Shown here piece by piece: positions 45,528-54,840 of a stretch of DNA of 64,000 nucleotides. The notes beneath the pieces were generated by a model. That model had not been told where the DNA came from. It saw only the letters and a list, made by a program, of their open reading frames with translations, and made no database searches. The stretch is from IMG/VR virus record IMGVR_UViG_3300024264_002047. One strand, given 5' to 3'. The DNA comes from a virus. The position numbers and the translations under genes are program-made. Position 1 is the stretch's first letter. Each line of letters starts with the position of its first letter.

Positions 45528-47090
45528 ATGGCAGGCGTATGTATAGATCCTAATGATCAAGTTACACTAAATAAGTTATCGTTAAAACCTGTAAACGTTA
45601 CAGATCTAAAAGGAAGATATACTCTTTCTCAAATTGATGCAGTAACTCAACAAGTTGCGGATAGTATTGCTAATGATGCAGAATTAAACCCATTAACAAA
45701 AGCAACAAGTTTATACGGAGATGATTTAGGTTTATCAAATAATTACTTAAATGGATTGCTTCGTCAGAGTATAGGAGATCTTGGTGGTTACCCTGACCTT
45801 CAAGGAAGATGGGACCGAGGAAATATTTCTCAACTTGAAACTGCTGACTTTATTCAGAGATATAATTATACTCCTCAAGGTTTAATGAATGAAAATGATT
45901 ATCAGAGATTGGCAAGGAATTTAGATTCTTATTATAAAAACGATTTCAGTACAAGTTTATTAGGTGGATTCTGCGATAGGTTTGATTCTATCTTTTCTTC
46001 TATTGATGCGTTCTTTGATTTAATTGGAGTTGTAGATGGTCTAATTACAGATGCTTTAGCAATTGCTGATAAGATCAGTAGAGGATACGATGGAATTAAA
46101 GATCTTACTGTTCAAGAAATCATTGATAAACTAATTAAAGAAATTAAGAAAAAGGTTAAAGCCGTAATTAACCAAGTCTTTGCAGAAGTACAAGATATGG
46201 TTGATAATTTCGATCCTGCTGCTATTACAGAAGGCTTTGAAACATTTGTAGATGCTAAAGTTGTAAAAGGTATTATGACAGTACGAGAACAGACCTGTGC
46301 GTTCTTTACCGAAGAGAATAAGAAAGGTATTACAGATAAAGTTGGTGGGCTGATTGATTACGCAAAAAGTTTATTCGAGAGTCCTGGTATCGAAGAGATT
46401 CAGTTCCTTATTGCTCGTGTTTGTGCACTTGCAGCGAATGTAGAGGCTTTAATAAGGGACATTAATAAACCGTTGAGCGATTATACCAACCGATATACAA
46501 CCATCGTAAACAGGCTTAAAACGATTTCAAGGATCAACGAATCTTCGGCAATCAAAGCAGGAGCTATACGGTATTCTCCAACAACTAGGAAAGAGGTAAT
46601 AAATAGATTAGAAGGTAGATGGACTTTGGCTGGTGGAGATGCAATAACTAACACAGGTGAGCCACCAAAAAACATCGCCCCTATTACTGCTGCGGATTAT
46701 AGAGATCTGCCAAGGTGTGGTAATGTATTCGCAGGCGCAGACTCAGATATAGGTTTGGGTCCAAGTGGAAGTATTAACCACTTTGATGCAAAAGAAGGTG
46801 TTGGAATATATGGATATACAAGAGTCGATCTTGATGTTAAAGTATATCTTAAAAGATTAAAGTTATTAACAGGCAGTAAACTTATCATAACAAATGGTTG
46901 GGTAAGTAAAGCTTATAACACAGAACAAAAATGGGCAGAAGACAATTCCCATTTAAGTGGAATGGTAGTTGATATTAAAAAGGATATGGCTGACGTTCCA
47001 AAGTTTTTAGAAGACGCGTTTACTACAGGATTTAAATACGTTAAAGAATACGATGATTTCATTCATTTAGATTTAAGAGAAATATTATAA
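45528..47090 (+). CDS. Virion protein with C-terminal peptidase M15-like domain
   Basis: NSHLSGMVVDI...FIHLD motif. Confidence 0.65.
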   Translation: MAGVCIDPNDQVTLNKLSLKPVNVTDLKGRYTLSQIDAVTQQVADSIANDAELNPLTKATSLYGDDLGLSNNYLNGLLRQSIGDLGGYPDLQGRWDRGNISQLETADFIQRYNYTPQGLMNENDYQRLARNLDSYYKNDFSTSLLGGFCDRFDSIFSSIDAFFDLIGVVDGLITDALAIADKISRGYDGIKDLTVQEIIDKLIKEIKKKVKAVINQVFAEVQDMVDNFDPAAITEGFETFVDAKVVKGIMTVREQTCAFFTEENKKGITDKVGGLIDYAKSLFESPGIEEIQFLIARVCALAANVEALIRDINKPLSDYTNRYTTIVNRLKTISRINESSAIKAGAIRYSPTTRKEVINRLEGRWTLAGGDAITNTGEPPKNIAPITAADYRDLPRCGNVFAGADSDIGLGPSGSINHFDAKEGVGIYGYTRVDLDVKVYLKRLKLLTGSKLIITNGWVSKAYNTEQKWAEDNSHLSGMVVDIKKDMADVPKFLEDAFTTGFKYVKEYDDFIHLDLREIL

Positions 47091-47510
47091 ATGTCAATAG
47101 CAGAGTACTTATCGCCTAAAAAGAAAAAGGTAAATCTTTATACGGACTTCCATAAGGATCTTCGTATTAGTCCTGTGTCAAAAGATATTGCATTACAAAA
47201 AGATGAGACAGCAGTTAAAGACGCAATTAAAAATCTTATATTAACCGATCGTGGTGAACGACCAATGCAACCATACTTAGGTGGCAATATTCGTGATATG
47301 CTTTTTGAGAATCTAACACCAGGAACGCTCAAACTAATTAAAGACAGAGTAACATCTACAATTACGACTTACGAACCAAGAGCAAGTTTAATTGACGTAT
47401 TTGTTTCGGGAGATCTCGACGCAGGAATCGTTAATGTTAAAATTACTTTTTATGTTCGTAACGAGCAACAACCAATTTCATTAGATGTTATATTAAAAAG
47501 GAATAGATAG
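47091..47510 (+). CDS. 25: Baseplate wedge gp25
   Basis: NLILT..GERP..P..G, YEPR. Confidence 0.92.
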   Translation: MSIAEYLSPKKKKVNLYTDFHKDLRISPVSKDIALQKDETAVKDAIKNLILTDRGERPMQPYLGGNIRDMLFENLTPGTLKLIKDRVTSTITTYEPRASLIDVFVSGDLDAGIVNVKITFYVRNEQQPISLDVILKRNR

Positions 47511-47512
47511 AG

Positions 47513-49396
47513 ATGGCAAATCCAAAAACACCAATTACTGAATTAGATTTCGAAAGAATCAAAGATCAGTTTAAGGTATATCTTCAAACGCAAACACAAT
47601 TCAAGGACTACAACTTTGAAGGTTCTAACCTGTCTGCTTTACTTGATGTACTTGCTTTTAATAGTTACAATAATAACTTCTATACGAACATGGCTCTCAA
47701 CGAAATGTTTCTTGACTCTGCCGTCCTTAAGAACTCTATCGTTTCTCATGCTAAAGAATTAAACTATATTCCTCGTTCACGTAAATCTTCTAAAGCAATT
47801 GTTAATTTAAGAATTGAAGATACAGTCACGCAAGATTCAACAATCTCAATTCCTCAGTACTTTGCTTTATCTGCTAATTATCAAGGTGAATCATATAACT
47901 TTGTAACAGAACAATCATATACAGCAAGAAGAACAGCTCCTGGTGTATTTGAAGTACAAGATGTAGAAATGTTTGAAGGAGAAATGTTAACAAGTTTCCA
48001 AAGAGAAGGATTTATTGTTGATGCGGATGGTGTACTTAGAGTATACCTTACAAACAATGAAGTAGACACAAATTCAATTGTTGTATTTGTTGATGCAGAA
48101 GCAACTGACGATGCAAACGTATTCCAAAGAGCCAATACAATTTATGGTGTTAAACCATTAGATAAAGTATTCTATCTTGAACCTTATCTTGATGAAAAGT
48201 ATTCTATTTACTTTGGTAAGAATCAATTTGGTTTACAACCTCAAGAGTTTGAAGATGTAAGAGTACGTTATAGAATCTGTTCAGGAGAAGAACCAAATGG
48301 AGCAGATACTTTTGGTCAAACATTTATTGGTGAAAACGGAACCGTCTCTGCTACTGTCGTTGCTGCGGCAACAGGTGGACAAGAACGTGAATCAATGGAA
48401 AGCATTCGTTACTTTGCTCCTAAGGCATTACAAGTTCAAGAACGAGCAGTCACAACAAAAGATTACGAAATATTATTACAACAAGCATTCCCTGAAATTA
48501 CAGCGGTCTCTGCTTACGGTGGTGAACAATTAGATCCACCTCAATTTGGTCGAGTTGCGATTTCAGTATTTCTAAATGACAATACAAGAATCATATCCTC
48601 AACATTATCTAATTCATATATTGCTTATTTAAAAGAAAGAGCTCCATTAGGTATTGAACCAATCTTTAAACAAACTGAATTCGTTTATGCTGATATGGAA
48701 GTAAGTGTAAATTACAGTAAAAAGAATACAGAGAAATCTGCTTCTGATTTAGAATTACTTGTACGATCAGCAATACAAAAATATTCAGATGACAACTTAG
48801 AATCTTTTGATAAAACTTTAAGATCATCTAAACTATCAGGAATCATTGATGCATTAGATACAGGTATATTAAGTAATGAAATTCATGCTGTTCCTATTAT
48901 TGAATATTCACCGCCACTTAATTTTAACACTAACCCGACATTCAGATTTGAGAGTGTCTTAGTTAGACCATACGCTTATAAAGCAGCAAACGGTTTTGCG
49001 AATTATAAGCCTGCGATTAAATCATCTCCGTTTGATATTGATGGACTTTGTGTATTCTTACAAGATGATGGTAACGGAAACATTATGATAATAACAGATG
49101 ACGTTACTAATCCACAAATTATTAATCCTACCGCAGGAACAGTTGATTACGTTAAAGGTGAAGTTAAATTAACAAACTTTAAAGTAGAAGCGTTCAATGG
49201 TTCAGCAATTAAGATAACTGCAAAGACAATCGAAAATGATATTAAAGCCCCACAGGGAAGAGTCTTTATATTGAGAGACACAGATATTAAAATAGTTATG
49301 GACCTGGTTGAATCTGGAGGAAGAGCAACTGCATCGCAAGCCGCGGCCTCTACTTCAAATACATTGACGTCAACAGGATCTGGCTCAGCTTATTAA
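47513..49396 (+). CDS. 6: Baseplate wedge gp6
   Basis: LDF, F.DYNFEGS, E.FLDSA, RAVT..DY. Confidence 0.93.
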   Translation: MANPKTPITELDFERIKDQFKVYLQTQTQFKDYNFEGSNLSALLDVLAFNSYNNNFYTNMALNEMFLDSAVLKNSIVSHAKELNYIPRSRKSSKAIVNLRIEDTVTQDSTISIPQYFALSANYQGESYNFVTEQSYTARRTAPGVFEVQDVEMFEGEMLTSFQREGFIVDADGVLRVYLTNNEVDTNSIVVFVDAEATDDANVFQRANTIYGVKPLDKVFYLEPYLDEKYSIYFGKNQFGLQPQEFEDVRVRYRICSGEEPNGADTFGQTFIGENGTVSATVVAAATGGQERESMESIRYFAPKALQVQERAVTTKDYEILLQQAFPEITAVSAYGGEQLDPPQFGRVAISVFLNDNTRIISSTLSNSYIAYLKERAPLGIEPIFKQTEFVYADMEVSVNYSKKNTEKSASDLELLVRSAIQKYSDDNLESFDKTLRSSKLSGIIDALDTGILSNEIHAVPIIEYSPPLNFNTNPTFRFESVLVRPYAYKAANGFANYKPAIKSSPFDIDGLCVFLQDDGNGNIMIITDDVTNPQIINPTAGTVDYVKGEVKLTNFKVEAFNGSAIKITAKTIENDIKAPQGRVFILRDTDIKIVMDLVESGGRATASQAAASTSNTLTSTGSGSAY

Positions 49397-49411
49397 TAAG
49401 AGAGAACAATA

Positions 49412-52400
49412 ATGCCTCAGGGTGAAATAGAAAAAAACATATCGCTTTTTGTTAAGCGCCAATTCCCAGCAATATATAGGGAAGATGGACCTGAGCTTGT
49501 GCAATTAGTAGAGGACTATTATAAGTGGTCTGAAACTCAAGAGAATCAGCATCTATACCAATCAAGACGTTTATTTGAAACTAAAGATATAGATACAACA
49601 TTAGAGAGTATGATTATACTCTTCAAGAAAAAGTTTCTTGCTGATCTTCCTCTCAAAGCAGATCTTATTAAATTCATTATTAAAAATATCCTTGATCTTT
49701 ATCGTGCAAAAGGTACAGCTCGAGGTATTGAATTATTCTTTGCTATATTCTATCAAGAGTTTGATATTGAAATCACGTATCCTTCTGCCAAGATGCAAAA
49801 GATTTCTGATTCAGAATGGAAGCAAGGTGTATACTTACAAATGTTTCCAAACAATAATCTATTCACGTCCAAGACTGGAAAGGAATACGAATATTATGAT
49901 CTATTAGCACGTAACATCGAAGGTGCGGTTACAAAAGCAAAGGCTTCAGTACGATCAGTTAACTTCTTTGTTTTAAATGGTGTTAAAACTCCTGTCATAT
50001 ATCTCGATGGTATTCAAGGTACATTTAAAAAGTACGAAGATATCATTACTAATATTAATGGAGAGGTTGTTAGTTTTGGTAAAGCAAACGGATCTCTATC
50101 ATCCTTTACAGTTGATGAAACAGATACTAATGCGGCAACAAGAAGAAAGGTTGGTGAAGTATTTGAAGTAAGACAAAAGAACGCTTACGCAGGTACCGCA
50201 ATTGTTACTAAAGTTTCAACTGATGTCTCAGGAGAAGTTCAATACGATTTAAAAGATGGTGGTTATGGTTACACAATAGCCAACACAAGACTAATTGTTT
50301 CTGACCAATCTATTATTTTAAATAATGGAGAGACAGGATACGATCAGCAATTTATTATTGGAGAATCAATATCAGATGCATTTGGTAATATAGGTACTGT
50401 CGTTGGACAGAACGAAAGTGTTCTTGGTTTTAAAATGACAGCAGGTCAGGAGATGCAAGATCTAAGTATCGTTACGTCTGCAACTTCAGGTTTAACAATT
50501 GATCTCTCTGATGTTGAAAATCAGCTTACAGGACTTAATGCCACTTCACCCGGTTTACAGTTTGCCGATACAGGAAGCGCTAACGATGTAAAGATTGGGA
50601 GTTTAACAGATACTTCGGTTGCTTCTGTTATTACAGATCCAATCACTCCTTATTTAAATATTACACTTGATGCAGCGGATTATGGAGCAACTACTCCAAT
50701 GTCAGGTACGGCATCACCTGTTCTTATATCAACTCCATTAGATGAAGCTTTTGATATTCAAGATTTAACAATCGGAAGAATTAATTCGTTTGAGAATCTT
50801 AACCCAGGATCAAATTATAAGAACGATGTATTTGCTCTTCCTCAAGATTCTCTAATTAAAAATCTCGATCGTAAGAATCAAAAAATATTATTCTCAGATG
50901 CGGGTGACGCAGGTAGTTTCTCAATAGGTGATAGAATACAAGGTACTACTTCTAATGTGATTGGAGTAATTCAAGATATTAACCAATCAGCCGGATTTAT
51001 AACGGTTGTACCATTTAATTATTATGGACTTAATTCAGACGAAGATATTTTATTAGTTAACGCACCAGGTAATGATTTCAATGTTGCTATTATTCAAGAT
51101 GACTTTGAAGATTACAAAAGATTTGGTGATAACGCAATCATGCAAGCTACAACAGAATTTGCTGTAGGAAAGGTTGAAGAAGTTACTATTGTTAATTCAG
51201 GATTTGGATATGTTGGGTACGACCCAGTATTAGTTAATTACGACACCTTAGAGTTTCAACAAGGCAAAGGTCAATTAAGAGATTCAGATGGAAACACAAT
51301 CGTAGAAGGATTTATTCAAGCTGAAAATCAAGGAAGCACTGCAGGTTATTGGGCAGGACAAAATTCTCACTTAAGTGGTTACAAACAATTAAGTTCTACA
51401 ACTGTTGATATTTTACTTCCAACAGGCAGCTTGGCATACGCAGCAACATTGATGGTATTTGGAGCTGATCCTACAACTTCTGTCGCTGGTCTTAGTGATG
51501 GTGTTGAACCTTGGTTAAGAAGTACGGCTTCGGATGGATATCCAATATATGATTTAAGTAAACAAGGATTGGCACTAACTGCTGCAACTGGTATATGGTT
51601 AAACCAAATCAAAGATGGAACTGCTGCAGATTCAATTAAACAAAGATGGACTGATATTGTTGTTCCTTCTTTGAAGACTCAATTCTGGTATCCTACACAA
51701 GATCTTATAGTGTACACTATTGATGATACGGTAACAACATACGAACAAGAATATATTGATTCCGGAATGAGAATACAAGATAGTGATTTCTATCAAGAGT
51801 ATTCATATCAAATTAAATCAACGTTACCTTTACAAGAATATGAAAAACTATTAAGAGAGAATGTTCACCTAGCAGGTTCAAAACTATTTGGTGACTTTAT
51901 ATTTAAAGCCTATGCAGGCGGATCTATTAAACAAAGATTCTTAAGAAAGTTCAACGACCAAGGTCAAGGTTCTCCATTCGACCAAGCAGACATCGAGAAC
52001 TTAAGAGCTTCCGTTACCAACTATACTTCTGATAGTACATTTGTTGCTGCCGACCATATTCCTGGAGGAACAGGTGGATTAACATTAGTTGAAGGTTCAG
52101 CGGGTGATCTAACAATTACAAGACAATGGGATCAAGGATTCCATGATTACGAAGTTACTGTTGGAATGCCAACTACAGGAACAGGTCCTTACCCAGTTGC
52201 GATCTTATTACATGGTAATGGTGGAACTGGTGAGGGAATGGTTAACTCATGGAAAGATGATTTACCAGGACATATATTAATTGGTATACAAGGATTTGTT
52301 AATTCTTGGAACGTTTCAATGGAAATCAGTAATGGTCCTGACATTGATATGATAGTAGAAATGATTGCCAAGCTGAAAATATATAATAACGTTGATGAAA

Positions 52401-52924
52401 CCAAGATTCGTATTCTAGGACAATCAAACGGTGGTGCTCTTGCGCTGAGAGCAGCAATTGAAATAAGAGATCTGAGTGTTGATGTAATTGCTTGTTTAAT
52501 ATCTCAAACGAATACAGATCAATATAGAGACAGCAGATTCTATTATCCTTCTAATGAATTGGAAACAGGTGATAACTATCCTAACGATGGATATGATCAG
52601 TTTAGAAACCCAATACCACAAAGAAGAATATTACAACTTAACGGAATGCAAGACTTTACTGTACCGTTCGTTGGTGGTGGAAGTAATATTATTGCCAACA
52701 GCCCAACGTTCTTAAGTGCAAATGATTCGTCTTATAGATTCGCGCAAGCAACTAATTATACTGGGTTCCAATTAACAGGCGGTTTCGCATACGGCGCAAA
52801 TAGTAGGATTAGTGATTACGGTAAAGTAGTATGGATGAGAGATCAAGCAGGTCACACAGTAACTGCGGATATGCGAAGACTAATCAACAAATACTTTGAG
52901 AATGATTTCGACACAACATATTAA
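49412..52924 (+). CDS. gp7-like baseplate wedge with C-terminal alpha/beta-hydrolase
   Basis: LYRAKGT, IQDSDFYQEYSY, HLAG; C-terminal LLHGNGG, GQSNGG, D.TVP, GH. Confidence 0.78.
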   Translation: MPQGEIEKNISLFVKRQFPAIYREDGPELVQLVEDYYKWSETQENQHLYQSRRLFETKDIDTTLESMIILFKKKFLADLPLKADLIKFIIKNILDLYRAKGTARGIELFFAIFYQEFDIEITYPSAKMQKISDSEWKQGVYLQMFPNNNLFTSKTGKEYEYYDLLARNIEGAVTKAKASVRSVNFFVLNGVKTPVIYLDGIQGTFKKYEDIITNINGEVVSFGKANGSLSSFTVDETDTNAATRRKVGEVFEVRQKNAYAGTAIVTKVSTDVSGEVQYDLKDGGYGYTIANTRLIVSDQSIILNNGETGYDQQFIIGESISDAFGNIGTVVGQNESVLGFKMTAGQEMQDLSIVTSATSGLTIDLSDVENQLTGLNATSPGLQFADTGSANDVKIGSLTDTSVASVITDPITPYLNITLDAADYGATTPMSGTASPVLISTPLDEAFDIQDLTIGRINSFENLNPGSNYKNDVFALPQDSLIKNLDRKNQKILFSDAGDAGSFSIGDRIQGTTSNVIGVIQDINQSAGFITVVPFNYYGLNSDEDILLVNAPGNDFNVAIIQDDFEDYKRFGDNAIMQATTEFAVGKVEEVTIVNSGFGYVGYDPVLVNYDTLEFQQGKGQLRDSDGNTIVEGFIQAENQGSTAGYWAGQNSHLSGYKQLSSTTVDILLPTGSLAYAATLMVFGADPTTSVAGLSDGVEPWLRSTASDGYPIYDLSKQGLALTAATGIWLNQIKDGTAADSIKQRWTDIVVPSLKTQFWYPTQDLIVYTIDDTVTTYEQEYIDSGMRIQDSDFYQEYSYQIKSTLPLQEYEKLLRENVHLAGSKLFGDFIFKAYAGGSIKQRFLRKFNDQGQGSPFDQADIENLRASVTNYTSDSTFVAADHIPGGTGGLTLVEGSAGDLTITRQWDQGFHDYEVTVGMPTTGTGPYPVAILLHGNGGTGEGMVNSWKDDLPGHILIGIQGFVNSWNVSMEISNGPDIDMIVEMIAKLKIYNNVDETKIRILGQSNGGALALRAAIEIRDLSVDVIACLISQTNTDQYRDSRFYYPSNELETGDNYPNDGYDQFRNPIPQRRILQLNGMQDFTVPFVGGGSNIIANSPTFLSANDSSYRFAQATNYTGFQLTGGFAYGANSRISDYGKVVWMRDQAGHTVTADMRRLINKYFENDFDTTY

Positions 52925-52965
52925 CAATAAATATTTAATTAAAGATAAATTAGGAAAGAAGAGCT

Positions 52966-54837
52966 ATGGCCAAGCAAATAATTAACATCGGAGCATCTGC
53001 GAATGACGGGACAGGTGATCCGTTACGTAATGCTTTCGATAAAGCAAACGATAACTTTACGGAAGTATACTTAGCATTAGGTAATGCAAATAATCCAATT
53101 GATTTATTTGATACCAACGGTGCTTTGGATTTATTAGGTAAACCGCATAAAGTATCATTCTTATATAATACGGAGGCTTTGTTAGAAGCAGTTAGTCCAT
53201 CCACTTATCATGGTGCAATTGGACATGCTCACGACACAGGCGCATTATATTACGCACATGGTACTTGGAATAAAGTATTAACAGATACATCAGCAGGAGC
53301 GCCTGCGAGTTATGTTGATCCTCTAAACACATTTGTATATTCGGCCAATATTACAAATGATGAAGTAGATGGTTACGTTCTCGGCACAAGCGCAAACGGT
53401 TCTTATAGTTGGGTTGAAGGTGGCTCAGGTGGAGGCGGTGGCGGATCATTCGCAAACACCGATGTTGATGGACATTTAAATACAAGTGGTGCAAGTGATA
53501 ACGAAGTATTAAGTTGGGATGGTTCTGATTATGCTTGGGTTGCTCAACCTGCAGATCAAAACACATTTACACAAATGACTGTTGGCGGTACTACAATTGG
53601 TGCAGACAGTGCAACAACTCAAGTTACTTTCGTCGCAGGTTCTAATGTAACAATTGCCGCAGATAATACTGCTGATACAATTACAATCTCAGCAAGCGGT
53701 GGCGGTGGCGGCGGCGGCGGTACAGATCTAAATGGTTTGGCTTCTGGTGCTATTGACCAAACAGCTGATAGTATTGCATTCGTTGATGCTGATGACTCAG
53801 GTAATTCAAAGAAAGAAACAGTTGCTGATTTTGTTTCAGCAATTACAGACGGCACAACAATTACAACAAGCACAGGTGTTGCTTCTGTTGAATCTTCAAT
53901 TAGATATGCCGATTCAAAAGTAGACACTCACTTAAATGTTTCTGGTGCTTCGGCTAATCAATTCCTACAATGGAGTGGTACTGATTATCAGTGGGCTGCA
54001 GCAAGTGGCGGAGGTGGTTCTTCAACCTTCGCTGCATTAACTGAAATTGCTCTTGCTGATTTAGATGTACATGATATTGCAGTTCCTGCTACGTCAGTTC
54101 ATGTAATGACACCTAATGGTTCATCTGCATATCGTTCTGATATTCATGGGACAACTGATAATCCATCGCTATATGTTAATGCAGGCGAAACAATCGCATT
54201 TGATTTAACAAGTGTTACTGCTTCTCATCCGTTTGAAATTCGTTCAGACGCAAGTACTGCATACGGTACAGGTCTTATCCATATTGCTGCTGACGGTACA
54301 AGAACAACTGGTTCAAGTGCTCAAGGAAAAACAAGTGGTACATTATATTGGAAAGTTCCAGGATCTATAAGTGGTACATATAAGTATATTTGTACTGCGC
54401 ACGCATCGATGATTGGCGATATTGTAATTGCCGATCCTTCTGCAGGTGGTGCAGGTGCATCAAGAGTATCGGAAGCAGAAACTACATCTTCAATTTCAAA
54501 CGGTGCCTCGGCTGATGTATCATATTCGACATTAGGCAAATCATTTGGATTACAAAAGATTACAGTAGATAAGCAATGTTGGGTAAGAATATATTCTGAT
54601 ACAGCAGCAAGAACAGCAGATGCAACTCGATCACAAGGAACAGATCCTGCAGATGGTTCAGGAGTTATTGCTGAGATTATCTCAACAACTGCTGGTACTC
54701 AAGTATTTAAAATGACACCAGCAATTATCGGTTGGCTTGATAATTCAGAAACAACAGTTCCTGTAGCAGTTCAAAATAACTCAGGATCTACAGGTACGGT
54801 TACTGTCACAATCGACGCACTTAAACTCGAGAGTTAA
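52966..54837 (+). CDS. Fibre/baseplate-attached protein (gp9/10-like N-terminus, Gly linkers, cupredoxin-like domain)
   Basis: IG..ANDGTGDPLR.AF.K.N.NF; HPF...YICTAHASM. Confidence 0.75.
   Translation: MAKQIINIGASANDGTGDPLRNAFDKANDNFTEVYLALGNANNPIDLFDTNGALDLLGKPHKVSFLYNTEALLEAVSPSTYHGAIGHAHDTGALYYAHGTWNKVLTDTSAGAPASYVDPLNTFVYSANITNDEVDGYVLGTSANGSYSWVEGGSGGGGGGSFANTDVDGHLNTSGASDNEVLSWDGSDYAWVAQPADQNTFTQMTVGGTTIGADSATTQVTFVAGSNVTIAADNTADTITISASGGGGGGGGTDLNGLASGAIDQTADSIAFVDADDSGNSKKETVADFVSAITDGTTITTSTGVASVESSIRYADSKVDTHLNVSGASANQFLQWSGTDYQWAAASGGGGSSTFAALTEIALADLDVHDIAVPATSVHVMTPNGSSAYRSDIHGTTDNPSLYVNAGETIAFDLTSVTASHPFEIRSDASTAYGTGLIHIAADGTRTTGSSAQGKTSGTLYWKVPGSISGTYKYICTAHASMIGDIVIADPSAGGAGASRVSEAETTSSISNGASADVSYSTLGKSFGLQKITVDKQCWVRIYSDTAARTADATRSQGTDPADGSGVIAEIISTTAGTQVFKMTPAIIGWLDNSETTVPVAVQNNSGSTGTVTVTIDALKLES
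53464..54003 (+). repeat. Two copies of a ~28 aa repeat separated by a poly-Gly tract
   Basis: VDGHLNTSGASDNEVLSWDGSDYAW vs VDTHLNVSGASANQFLQWSGTDYQW; (GGY)8 at 53698-53721. Confidence 0.7.
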
Positions 54838-54840
54838 TAA

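Noticed and set aside
53698-53721. GGC/GGT tract as a phase-variable repeat
   Set aside because: In-frame poly-Gly linker; length changes would not shift the frame
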